A DNA stretch of 42,530 nt, taken from a virus. Its lineage: Duplodnaviria > Caudoviricetes. Positions 18,381 through 27,189 of this stretch are shown in pieces; within the stretch, counting starts at the first letter, position 1, and the number at the start of each line of letters is the position of its first letter. A program made the position numbers and the translations under genes. Below the pieces are notes generated by a model. It was not told where the DNA came from and did not search any database. It saw only the letters and a list, made by a program, of their open reading frames with translations. The DNA lies in IMG/VR virus record IMGVR_UViG_3300032277_002977, positions 1 through 42,530 of that record, one strand, 5' to 3'.

Positions 18381-19820
18381 TTAGCGCCGGGAGTTTTTCT
18401 CCATTGAGGCCTTTCGGCGACGGCCATAGATTTCCGATGCCGATAGGGTGACGGGCTGCTCGGCACCACCAAGATTATCGTGATGCCCATCGGTGACGGT
18501 ATCCGCATCCGCATCCGCCTTCAGGGTTTGCAGGTTTGCACGAACATCGGCAACACTGGTTTTATTGGCAATAAAGTCTGCCGCCTTCTCCGGCATGTTG
18601 GCCAAGGCGCAAAGCGACACGACCTCCGCCGCCTGCGCATACCCTTCGCCGCGAACGGCCTCCAGGTCGATCACTTCCGCGCCGCCGTCATTATCCGGTT
18701 TCACCGCTTCTGGCGTGGGGGTTTCCGTTGCCGCCTCCGCACCAGTCTCAACCTGCTGTTCTTCACCAGCCGCTGCGGTTTCAGGTGCAGTACCTTCTGC
18801 CGTCAGAGCGGGGTTGTCGTCTTTGGTTCCTTTGGTTTTCATGGGTGTCTCCATTGTCTGGGGGGGTTCACTATTTGCCAAAGCGGAGGCGGCCCCAGCC
18901 GAACCCGCCATCGCCACCCCGGAATGGGGCGCGTCCAGAAATTCTGAAAATTCCGCCAGGACTTGGCGGAACGGCATGACCGCATCAGCCAAGCCCGCAT
19001 CAACAGCATCCTGTCCAACAAAATAACCTGATTCCATTGCCCTGATTTGATCTGCTGACAAATCTGGACGGTTCAGTGTCACCAGATCGACAAACAGATC
19101 ATAGTTGCGGCGAACATCGGCCTGCAGAATTTTACGGGCCTCATCACCAAGTTCTTCGTGCGGATTAAAATCGTTTTTGCGCTCGCCGGAGAATATCGTT
19201 GTGTATTGAAAACCTTCTGCCCGGTCGCGGGCCGAACGATCCATGTGCATGGCAATAACGCCGATACTGCCAACCCCGCCCGTGCGCGGCAGCACCAACC
19301 GGTGCGCGGTCGACGCCAGCGCATAAGCTGCCGAATAGGCATGTTCATCGGCAATCGCCCATATCGGCTTAAGGTCACGTGCTTTGCGGAGGACATCGGC
19401 ACAATCAAAGGCTCCGCTGCATTCACCCCCGCCGCTGTCCGCATCATAAAGGATACCTCGGATTGTTGAATCAGTCGCCGCGTCCATGATCATGTTTTCA
19501 ATTTCACCGTATGACCACAACATTGAAGGCGGATTTGCTGATGCCGCGCGGTGCACCAGTGTTCCGTGAATATGCACCACCGCCACACCTCGATCCGTCA
19601 CCACATATGGCTTTCGGCTTTCGATGGCACCGGGTACCGCCGCCAGTTTGGTTGGCATCACATTACCGACCCCGGACAGGGCCTGACGGCTTTGCTCGAT
19701 AGTCAGGTCATCCAACCCCAGTCGCGACCCCAATGCGGCTGCGAACACGGCGGCCTTGTCGGGGTGGACCGCAAGCGGCGTATTGAACATCCTTGCCATT
19801 ACGTGGGGATAACTGGACAT
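18381..19820 (-). CDS. S49 capsid maturation protease with C-terminal scaffold (gpC/Nu3-like)
   Basis: 'DSGGG', 'AYSAAYALAS' and 'GSIGV' motifs; acidic low-complexity linker. Confidence 0.92.
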   Translation of the reverse strand: MSSYPHVMARMFNTPLAVHPDKAAVFAAALGSRLGLDDLTIEQSRQALSGVGNVMPTKLAAVPGAIESRKPYVVTDRGVAVVHIHGTLVHRAASANPPSMLWSYGEIENMIMDAATDSTIRGILYDADSGGGECSGAFDCADVLRKARDLKPIWAIADEHAYSAAYALASTAHRLVLPRTGGVGSIGVIAMHMDRSARDRAEGFQYTTIFSGERKNDFNPHEELGDEARKILQADVRRNYDLFVDLVTLNRPDLSADQIRAMESGYFVGQDAVDAGLADAVMPFRQVLAEFSEFLDAPHSGVAMAGSAGAASALANSEPPQTMETPMKTKGTKDDNPALTAEGTAPETAAAGEEQQVETGAEAATETPTPEAVKPDNDGGAEVIDLEAVRGEGYAQAAEVVSLCALANMPEKAADFIANKTSVADVRANLQTLKADADADTVTDGHHDNLGGAEQPVTLSASEIYGRRRKASMEKNSRR

Positions 19821-19834
19821 CTTGTTCCCTTTCT

Positions 19835-21400
19835 TCATGCCGACCGCCGCCGATGTTCTTCATCGTCGGGATGCTCAAGCTCAGTGTCGTCATCCGCTGA
19901 AGGAAGTTCACTGCCAGCGGCTCGCGCCTGCGTCACGCCCGCCCCGGAAACCTGTTCCGGATCACTGTCCAGAATAAGGCCCTGATCAATTCGGGCTTGA
20001 CGGTCCCGTGCCAGCTCTTCATCAATTTTCTTCGGATCATATCCGGACATCCGTATGGCCTCTGGCCGCGAAATCAACCCGGATCGAATAGCCTTGATCA
20101 GGGCAACCACTTCGCGCTGCGGGTCCGTCCACTTGAAACCGTTTGGTGTCCAGGACACGTCGTAATAGAGATGGGCGTTCTGTTTAAAGTCCGGCGCATC
20201 AATGCGGCCTGAAAATACGGCTTCTCGAATGAACCGCCGCCATGTCGGGCGGCAAAACTGGAAAATGAAAAAGCACCGCTGAAACTGCTCAACTTCGCGC
20301 CTGAACTCCAGTAATCCGGCCCTGATTGAACTGTAATTCACATCCGACAGATCACCGGTCATTTGCTCATAAGTCACGCCGGAACCGGAAGAAGCCCTGC
20401 GCAGCATCTGTTTGATAAAGTCATTCACCCCCGCACCCGTGTCGGGTGGTTGCGCAAGATTGGCGCTTTCTCCAGGTGCCAGCACAGGGATTGTTCCCGG
20501 CTGTAATTTCATGATCTCCAGAATACTATCAACAGCCTTTGTGCCGCCAAATGCAGGGCGTCCACCTTCATCGGCTTTTTTCTCGATAAACCCGGTGATC
20601 ATGGACGCGATTTTTGCACGAACCAGTTCCGCATCCTGATACTGGTCAAGTTCGTACAACGTCAGCAGCGCCGTCGCCAGTCCTGTAACGCCGCGCACCT
20701 GACCTGGTCGCAGTGGACGGTACACATGCGCGACGTTTGCTGCGGCCACAGGTACTGGTCGCCCGTTGTTGCCAATGGCCCACGCGCTGTCACCGGGGTG
20801 ATTGCGATAGATATGATACCCGACCCGACGCCCGACAGCGTCAAACTCGACACCCGCGCGGACTTGATTGCCGTTGGCCAGGCGTCTGGATTCCTCCAAA
20901 GGCACCATTTCCGATTCCAGCAGTTGAACCTGAAACGGCACGTACAATCCATCTTCCGGACGCCGCGCCCGAAACCGCCCGAAACAGTCACCGCCTTCCA
21001 TCATGGATCGGACAGCCAGCGCCTGCAGGCCAAAATAATTGGTGACATTGTCCGCATCCGCTTCATCGCACCAACGGCTAAAAGCGTCATCAATACTGGT
21101 TTGCACAGCGGGGTCTGGATGCTGTGAATTTGGGCGGATACCCGTACCTATGGCATTCGAGACATATCGCCCAAGTGCTTGATCGGCATAAGGGCTTTTC
21201 CGCGCCGTGTCTCGCGCCCTGCGGCGAAGCGTTGAGCCGTTACCTTGCAGAATGGCGGTAATGGCTTCCGCGCCGGGGTTCCACCCGGACAACCGCACAC
21301 TGTTGCTGGCCGCATCGTAGGACGGGGTCGCTGCCGAGGACTTTACCAGAAAACTGGCGGCCCCAATCAAACCGCGTGCGAACTGATCCCGAATACTCAT
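19835..21400 (-). CDS. Portal protein, lambda family
   Basis: 'RPGQVRGV' and 'TGDLSDVNYSSIRAGLLEF' motifs. Confidence 0.95.
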   Translation of the reverse strand: MSIRDQFARGLIGAASFLVKSSAATPSYDAASNSVRLSGWNPGAEAITAILQGNGSTLRRRARDTARKSPYADQALGRYVSNAIGTGIRPNSQHPDPAVQTSIDDAFSRWCDEADADNVTNYFGLQALAVRSMMEGGDCFGRFRARRPEDGLYVPFQVQLLESEMVPLEESRRLANGNQVRAGVEFDAVGRRVGYHIYRNHPGDSAWAIGNNGRPVPVAAANVAHVYRPLRPGQVRGVTGLATALLTLYELDQYQDAELVRAKIASMITGFIEKKADEGGRPAFGGTKAVDSILEIMKLQPGTIPVLAPGESANLAQPPDTGAGVNDFIKQMLRRASSGSGVTYEQMTGDLSDVNYSSIRAGLLEFRREVEQFQRCFFIFQFCRPTWRRFIREAVFSGRIDAPDFKQNAHLYYDVSWTPNGFKWTDPQREVVALIKAIRSGLISRPEAIRMSGYDPKKIDEELARDRQARIDQGLILDSDPEQVSGAGVTQARAAGSELPSADDDTELEHPDDEEHRRRSA

Positions 21401-21401
21401 C

Positions 21402-21614
21402 TCATACACCCTTACTGGTGGTCACCTGAACAAACCGGGTCGGCTGCGCGGTTGTGCTTCCACCCTCGACATCTGCAGCAACGGTTTGAATGGCCTTTTC
21501 CAACTCGTCCAACGACCGATAGGTCACCTTCTTGTCGCCGAGCTGAAATGACAGTTCTCCTGACGCAAATGCGTTCCGTAACTCAGTCAGTTGAGCCGCT
21601 GTATAAATCGCCAT
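21402..21614 (-). CDS. gpW-like head-tail joining protein
   Basis: 70 aa, 'GDKKVTYRSLDEL' motif, between terminase and portal. Confidence 0.85.
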   Translation of the reverse strand: MAIYTAAQLTELRNAFASGELSFQLGDKKVTYRSLDELEKAIQTVAADVEGGSTTAQPTRFVQVTTSKGV

Positions 21615-21625
21615 TAAATGTTTCC

Positions 21626-23707
21626 TTAACTGCCTCGCACCGCCATCCCGCCCGCTCCCCGGACCTGGACCTGTGGTGTTTCAGTCGTATTTGTGTTTGG
21701 TTCCGCCACCTCGTCACTCTGACTGGTGGGCGCAGATGGTTTAACTATGGCCGTCAATAGATCGCCTTGCGCCTGTTTCGGCGGCGCACCTCTTTCTGCC
21801 GCCAAACCCGTCCAGTCATCGGCGGTCATCTTGGATACGCCAAGGTGTTCCGCGAGGGCACGATTGTAGATATCACAATCCAGATAGTGATTGTCCCCGG
21901 TCTGCATCCAGACCTGCTCAACCTGCCCGTTAGGTTTGGAGCGTTTTTTCAGATACTCCGCCGTCAGTTCCTTGAAATATTTTTCATCATGAAACAACGA
22001 ATGATGACTGAACCCTGGCGGATAACTTTCGGCACCGTCCTTGATGCCATCCTTGCGGAGCGAAGCATAAAGCGCCGACTTCAGCGAAAAGGTTCCGACC
22101 GGCCATAAATCAACACCTCGACGGATTTTACGGCCCCCGAAGGTAATGTCCTGTTTTGTCGGCGTCCCCAACGCCGGGGCCCCCCAGCCATGCCGACCAT
22201 CCAGCGCCATCGCCTGTGGATGCGCCCGAACCCAGGTATAGACCTGGTTGGTATTGTATCCTGCATCAACACCAAACAGATCGACCGGCCAGACATTCCC
22301 GTAGGCATCCGGGTACCGCCGTTCATAGACTTCGGTCAGTTGTTTCCAGATGTCGCTTTCCGGGTCCGCCGTGTCACCACTCAGGTGACCAATATCGATT
22401 GACCAGGTCGTATGATATTCGCCGTGCGCCTTAATCTCATAACGGGCGTAAGTCGCCCCGATATCGACTGCCGCCGTGAAAATCAGACCGCCAACGGGTA
22501 TTTGTCGGGCTGGGTAATCTTCGCGGCGGGCAAACAGGCGTTGCCATTTTGGCGCATCGCCCTTTTCTTCCCAAGGCTCCCCAAGAGCCTGCTGCACAAA
22601 CGTCTTCAATTCATCCGGCTTGTCCTTACAGCCGAAAAACTCAACCATCATGTCTTCCCAAGCGACAAACGGCGAATAAGCCTGCCACACGTGGTAACTC
22701 GGTTGCCGCCCACCCTCGGACCGGTTTTGCCAGTCCGCAATATCTTCCGGCGCGATCACATCCGGTGGCGCTTCGCCCGTTTCCGCGTCCGGATAACACG
22801 GAACCCATTTATGGTTTGGCACGGCGGCGATCATCGCCTTTTTCTCGTGATGCTCTATCGTCCCGTTACAATGGCGGCATTCGTAGTAGGTGCCATAGGG
22901 CGGCGACTTCTGGCGAACCTTGACCTGTTTGAACACCAGGTTCTGAAACCAGCCACAGCGCGGACACGGTACGTAATATCGGGACTGGGTCCCGGCCTCG
23001 TATTTTGCCGTTATCCGGCACGACCCGAGAATGCCTGGTGTCGAGATATAGACGTGCTTGTCACCGACCGTGTCGCGGTACGCCTTCGCCCGGTTCTCCG
23101 CCTGCTTCATCGGATCGCCGCGCCCACCCGTGTCCCAGGGCCATTCGCTGATCTCTTCGTAGATAATCACGCGGGCCGAAATCATCTGCAGACCGACCGA
23201 CGAATTGGCCCCGGTGATCATCGCGAAACCACCCTTGAACTTTTTCATCGCCGTTGTTGAACCGGTGGCATCCCGGCTTTTGACATCCAGCACCCGCCGC
23301 CTTAGTGACGGTGTTTCCGTGATCGCCGGTTGCAGCTTGACCCGGTTGTATTTTTTGCCTTCATCAATGGTCGGAAGAATGATCAGCATCGAACACGGCG
23401 TATCGACCACGATCTTGCCAAACAGGTTCAGACCATTTTCAGACCCACCCGTCTGCGCTGACTTCGCCAGTGCTATTTCACGCGCCGGGTCGGACAACGT
23501 CATCCGGTTCATGGGCTCGATCCAGAACGGGCAAAGATCGTTTGACCAAGGTCCTGGAAACGGCGACCCGCTTTCCGCTGCGACCCGGCGCTCATCAGCA
23601 GCCCATTCACTGACCGTTCGTTCCGGCGGCATGTCGAACGCCGCGATAAAACTCTCAAACACAACAGCGCGAGGGTCGGCCAGGCCCGGCAGATCAAGCG
23701 GCATCAT
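21626..23707 (-). CDS. Terminase large subunit (GpA family)
   Basis: 'KSAQTGGSE' Walker A, 'ISTP', CxxC zinc motifs and 'NHYLDC' nuclease motif. Confidence 0.95.
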   Translation of the reverse strand: MMPLDLPGLADPRAVVFESFIAAFDMPPERTVSEWAADERRVAAESGSPFPGPWSNDLCPFWIEPMNRMTLSDPAREIALAKSAQTGGSENGLNLFGKIVVDTPCSMLIILPTIDEGKKYNRVKLQPAITETPSLRRRVLDVKSRDATGSTTAMKKFKGGFAMITGANSSVGLQMISARVIIYEEISEWPWDTGGRGDPMKQAENRAKAYRDTVGDKHVYISTPGILGSCRITAKYEAGTQSRYYVPCPRCGWFQNLVFKQVKVRQKSPPYGTYYECRHCNGTIEHHEKKAMIAAVPNHKWVPCYPDAETGEAPPDVIAPEDIADWQNRSEGGRQPSYHVWQAYSPFVAWEDMMVEFFGCKDKPDELKTFVQQALGEPWEEKGDAPKWQRLFARREDYPARQIPVGGLIFTAAVDIGATYARYEIKAHGEYHTTWSIDIGHLSGDTADPESDIWKQLTEVYERRYPDAYGNVWPVDLFGVDAGYNTNQVYTWVRAHPQAMALDGRHGWGAPALGTPTKQDITFGGRKIRRGVDLWPVGTFSLKSALYASLRKDGIKDGAESYPPGFSHHSLFHDEKYFKELTAEYLKKRSKPNGQVEQVWMQTGDNHYLDCDIYNRALAEHLGVSKMTADDWTGLAAERGAPPKQAQGDLLTAIVKPSAPTSQSDEVAEPNTNTTETPQVQVRGAGGMAVRGS

Positions 23708-24248
23708 TAATACTGCCGACCTTTTCCCGTTCAAGTTTACTTGTCAGTTCGACCCCGAACTCCGAAAATGCCTTGGCAAATCCCTGTTCCAGTATCCGTC
23801 TGATTTCCGGGGCGCTGGTCTTCGACGCCAGGATGTCAGCCTGTTCTGAGATCATTCGCAGCACGCTGTTTTTCAGGTACTCAGCGGCCTCGGTTATCGG
23901 GTCATCAATCCTTGCCACTTCCACAAGCTGGCCCAACGCCTGGGCGTTTCGCATTCGCCGATAGACGATATCCTGATCAAGATGTTCGGCGCGTTTGGCG
24001 CTAAGTGTTTCACCATCACCATCAGGTGATACACCAGGTGTGGCACCGCTCCAGTTTTGTTGCTGCGCTTCGTTAACATTGCCGACCCTGTGTTGGCGGA
24101 CCTTTTCGACGTCGACCAACTTTCTATTGCCTCGGGTTTCCTCAATCAGATGTGAGTGTTCTTTTAGATATCGCCCAAGCGTGCTTTTGTTGATCCCAAG
24201 CACCAGCGCCGCAGCGGATATACTCACCAGTTCCGTTGCATCGACCAT
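23694..24248 (-). CDS. Terminase small subunit (Nu1-like)
   Basis: N-terminal HTH 'SISAAALVLGINKSTLGRY', 'GQLVEV' motif; upstream of TerL. Confidence 0.8.
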   Translation of the reverse strand: MVDATELVSISAAALVLGINKSTLGRYLKEHSHLIEETRGNRKLVDVEKVRQHRVGNVNEAQQQNWSGATPGVSPDGDGETLSAKRAEHLDQDIVYRRMRNAQALGQLVEVARIDDPITEAAEYLKNSVLRMISEQADILASKTSAPEIRRILEQGFAKAFSEFGVELTSKLEREKVGSINDAA

Positions 24249-24279
24249 CAAAATTTACCTGAAAAAAAATCCCAGCTCC

Positions 24280-24384
24280 CGCGTGCAACGAAGTCGTTGC
24301 ACGTTGCATCAAAATTCAAAACTCCAAACTAGAAAACCCAAACCCCTCTGCCACCCGTATATATTTTAGGTCTAGGAAGGACCC
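24280..24384 (-). promoter_or_regulatory. Lambda-like cos packaging site (cosQ-cosN-cosB-like)
   Basis: Minus strand reads GGGTCCT(24384-24378)..TACGGGTGGCAGAGGGGTTTGGGTTTT, paralleling lambda GGGTCCT..TACGGGGCGGCGACCTCGCGGGTTTT; TGCAAC/GTTGCA repeats at 24283-24308. Confidence 0.7.
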
Positions 24385-24484
24385 AAAAAGGTGTCATGGA
24401 TCACATCCCAACCAGGAGCCGCAGGGCCAGACAGCCAGTGTCGGGCGTTACCCGACTGGCTACATCGGTTTTCTCCACTGCATT

Positions 24485-24518
24485 AAAAAACCCGCCGCCG
24501 ATATTCTCGGGAGCGGGT
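24485..24518 (-). terminator. Rho-independent terminator (tR'-like) ahead of the late operon
   Basis: Minus strand reads ACCCGCTCCCGAGAATATCGGCGGCGGGTTTTTT. Confidence 0.75.
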
Positions 24519-24567
24519 CAACACCTGTTTGTGTGTCCGGGAGTTTGTCAAATGCTTGGGGAACTTG

Positions 24568-25164
24568 TCAAGTCTCTTGTTCCAGCCACGGCGCTGCAGA
24601 TACCGCTGGGCCATGCACGGCATAGCGTTTGAGGCCCTGCACATCGTCACTCAACATCACCAGCCCCTCATACCACAGCCCATACTCGGCCCGCGCCAGG
24701 CGAATCACTTCCGGCCTGTCCTGCAGCACCACCCTGCACATCAACGCCCGCATGCGCCCGTCATCGTCCTTGAACGACTCACTCGTTATCGCTTCTTGCT
24801 CGGAGCTGCCCCGCTTCTTGCGCCAACCGTCCGCCGGTTCGTAATGCGGCCACGCGCCTTCCATCCAGTCCGGCCTCGCGCCCATACGCCCGTAGATCAT
24901 CAGCAACACCCCGGTATCCCCCATCGCCGACACCACATCATGCACCCGCTCGGCATCCTCATTCACCGGATATCCCCCGCCGCCGCCATCAACCCGACAT
25001 CCCAGGCGCGCAACCTCGGCCAGCGCACTGGTTGATCCATACCCCACCGGACCATAATCCTCATGCCGGATACAGTTCCCCCCGGCCAGCTGATCGCGGT
25101 AGACCCACACCAGCAGCCGTTCAACATCAATCACCTCGCGGATATCAACTACAGCGCTACACAT
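24568..25164 (-). CDS. Hypothetical protein in the late-regulator (Q-like) position
   Basis: GGGGAG RBS; last gene before cos; followed by TTGACA hexamers (24571-24566 and 24551-24546) and a terminator. Function inferred from synteny only. Confidence 0.55.
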   Translation of the reverse strand: MCSAVVDIREVIDVERLLVWVYRDQLAGGNCIRHEDYGPVGYGSTSALAEVARLGCRVDGGGGGYPVNEDAERVHDVVSAMGDTGVLLMIYGRMGARPDWMEGAWPHYEPADGWRKKRGSSEQEAITSESFKDDDGRMRALMCRVVLQDRPEVIRLARAEYGLWYEGLVMLSDDVQGLKRYAVHGPAVSAAPWLEQET

Positions 25165-25309
25165 TCAAACTCCCCAAACACCCCTCATATACGCGTCACC
25201 TCTGGTGCTTTGTCGACTGGATGAAAGGTCGCGTGCTGCACCTTTTGATAGATATTAAAAATTAATGTATTCAATTAGTAGTATGTCCCGGACCTGCATC
25301 GCAATATTA

Positions 25310-25332
25310 ATAAATTCTTTGTAAGAATTTAT
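25310..25332. promoter_or_regulatory. Perfect 10-bp inverted repeat, candidate operator
   Basis: ATAAATTCTT-TGT-AAGAATTTAT in an AT-rich intergenic region. Confidence 0.5.
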
Positions 25333-25350
25333 ATTATCAACGTCTTGTTA

Positions 25351-26100
25351 TCATGGTGGAAATTTCTTGATTGAACGAAGCTTGCATACCTTCAACGCAG
25401 GCGTTTCATCCAGCATCTGCACAAAGACCTGGACCCAGACCAGTTCATTGTTCGGTCCATTGATTTCCATTTGCGTATCAATCGGCCCGCCACCAACACC
25501 CATCCGATAGAACGATTGCGTCGCCTCCTTCTGGGCCGCCTCCAAACCGCCCCGGCGGTGCAGGTTATCGGCGTGCGCCAAATCAAAGATACTGTCGCCG
25601 ACCGCCAGATACCTGAACTCATCCGTGAACGGCTTTTCAATCCGGGTAACGATGTTGCGCTCATTGTAACAAAAGGCGGTTGTATAATTATGTTCAGCCG
25701 ACTCCCACACCTTGAATTCCGGGGTGTTGGCAATCGCCTGCCGGGCATGAACATGACCCAGATAGTTGTCATAATAGGCCGCCGACAGGGTGATCGGCCC
25801 GCGCGGATGGTGTTTGTCCACATACTCAAGCAGGTTTTCGCCGATCAGCGCATTAATCACCGCCATCGCCGCCGGAAGATGGTTATACGAATAGGGGATC
25901 AGCGTTTCCGCCAAAGGTTTGCGATACAGCGTTTCCCCCTTCAGGTTTTTGTATAGCGCCACATCCAGAACTTCGATGACACCGCGCCGACCCGCCAACG
26001 CCGGATAGCGCTGAACGAACACCCGATCCATCTTGAGCTGTTCGGCGCGAACGTTCAGATGCTGTTTGACTTCCGGCAGGTTCTTGACGAAATCATTCAT
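25351..26100 (-). CDS. Putative one-component regulator: N-terminal winged-helix-like domain plus C-terminal PAS domain
   Basis: 'CYNERNIVTRIEKPFTDEFRY.AVGDSIFDLAHADN' and 'MEINGPNNELVWVQV' match the PAS/PAC consensus by eye; 'GETLYRKPLAETL...VINALIGENLLEY...PITLS' is MarR-like. Confidence 0.6.
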   Translation of the reverse strand: MNDFVKNLPEVKQHLNVRAEQLKMDRVFVQRYPALAGRRGVIEVLDVALYKNLKGETLYRKPLAETLIPYSYNHLPAAMAVINALIGENLLEYVDKHHPRGPITLSAAYYDNYLGHVHARQAIANTPEFKVWESAEHNYTTAFCYNERNIVTRIEKPFTDEFRYLAVGDSIFDLAHADNLHRRGGLEAAQKEATQSFYRMGVGGGPIDTQMEINGPNNELVWVQVFVQMLDETPALKVCKLRSIKKFPP

Positions 26101-26810
26101 CACCCCGCCTCCGCCAGCAGGCCGCCACGAACAGAATTCATCAGATCATCATAGGTCATCCAGCACATCCAGGCCTCTAGCGGCACATCCCGGCTTGGCC
26201 GCACCCAGTTAACCACATCAGGTTCAAAGTGCCGGTATCCATAGGAAATTATCGTACCGTTATTGACCAGCGGCGGGTAACCGAAACCATAAATGAAATC
26301 CGGCTGGAAATGGGCCAGCGCCAGACTGGTGGCAAGTTTGGGCAGCAACCCGGCAAGGCCTTTACCCCGGAATCCGTTATCTCCGGGTTTCAGCCATATT
26401 TCCCCATGGAAACACACCCGACCGGTTATGGTTTTTGCAATATGGGCAAAGGACCGGCAGTTCTCCCCAGGTTCCGCGCTGACCGAAGGATCAAAATAAA
26501 ACGCCTGCAACGTCTCAAGCTCCCGCGCCAGATTTGTCCCGGTCAGATCATCCAGCCGCACCGCCTGCAAATGCACGACATCGCCCGCCTTGTCGGTGCC
26601 CTTGATCCAGAACCCGTTGTCCGGCCCGATATGGTGATGCAGCGGATTAAACATCGCCGTTGGATAAGGTTTGTCTTCCAGGGTTTCACATAACCGCACC
26701 AGATACCCAAAATCGGTTCGCAGCTCCAACGTAATTCCGGCGTCGTTAATCAGTCTCTCCAGCTGTCCGACCCGTCTGGACACGTCAAGGGGGTTAATTA
26801 CATCGCTCAT
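26100..26810 (-). CDS. GNAT-fold acyltransferase-like protein
   Basis: Acyl-CoA-binding motif A-like 'GEIWL..FRGKGLAGLL' and motif B-like 'SYGY'; TGATG-coupled to the PAS regulator. Confidence 0.6.
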   Translation of the reverse strand: MSDVINPLDVSRRVGQLERLINDAGITLELRTDFGYLVRLCETLEDKPYPTAMFNPLHHHIGPDNGFWIKGTDKAGDVVHLQAVRLDDLTGTNLARELETLQAFYFDPSVSAEPGENCRSFAHIAKTITGRVCFHGEIWLKPGDNGFRGKGLAGLLPKLATSLALAHFQPDFIYGFGYPPLVNNGTIISYGYRHFEPDVVNWVRPSRDVPLEAWMCWMTYDDLMNSVRGGLLAEAG

Positions 26811-26904
26811 AATCAGGCTCCGCTTTACTATTTCTGTGAGAATTAAATATGGGCAAACCAGTTAATCATTTAACCCGAATCCTCTCAACCCTGCCGAAAT
26901 TACC

Positions 26905-27136
26905 GAACTGTCCAAACTATCCGAACCCTCAGAAACTATCAGTTTTATAACTCCTTGTTTTTCTTGTCTTTTTAGAGGGTTCTGATAGTTCAGATAGTTT
27001 CCCCGACCCGCTCATGCACGCGCCCACGCACATACGTGCCACCTTGGGGAAACTATCTGAACTATCTGGACTATCAGAAAACCGTTTGATTTCAACATCT
27101 TAAAACACCTGATAGTTTCAGATAGTCCAGATAGTT
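26905..27136. repeat. Iteron array, likely replication origin
   Basis: About 11 copies of AACTATC(T/A/C)G in alternating direct and inverted clusters around AT-rich spacers, directly downstream of the helicase gene. Confidence 0.8.
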
Positions 27137-27189
27137 TGAGACCTCTCAACACAACATCTTGGGTCTGAATGTAGCAATATGCATATTCA

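Noticed and set aside
26905-27136. Short repeats as a CRISPR array
   Set aside because: Units are 9 bp in mixed orientation with no regular spacers and no cas genes; they fit origin iterons.
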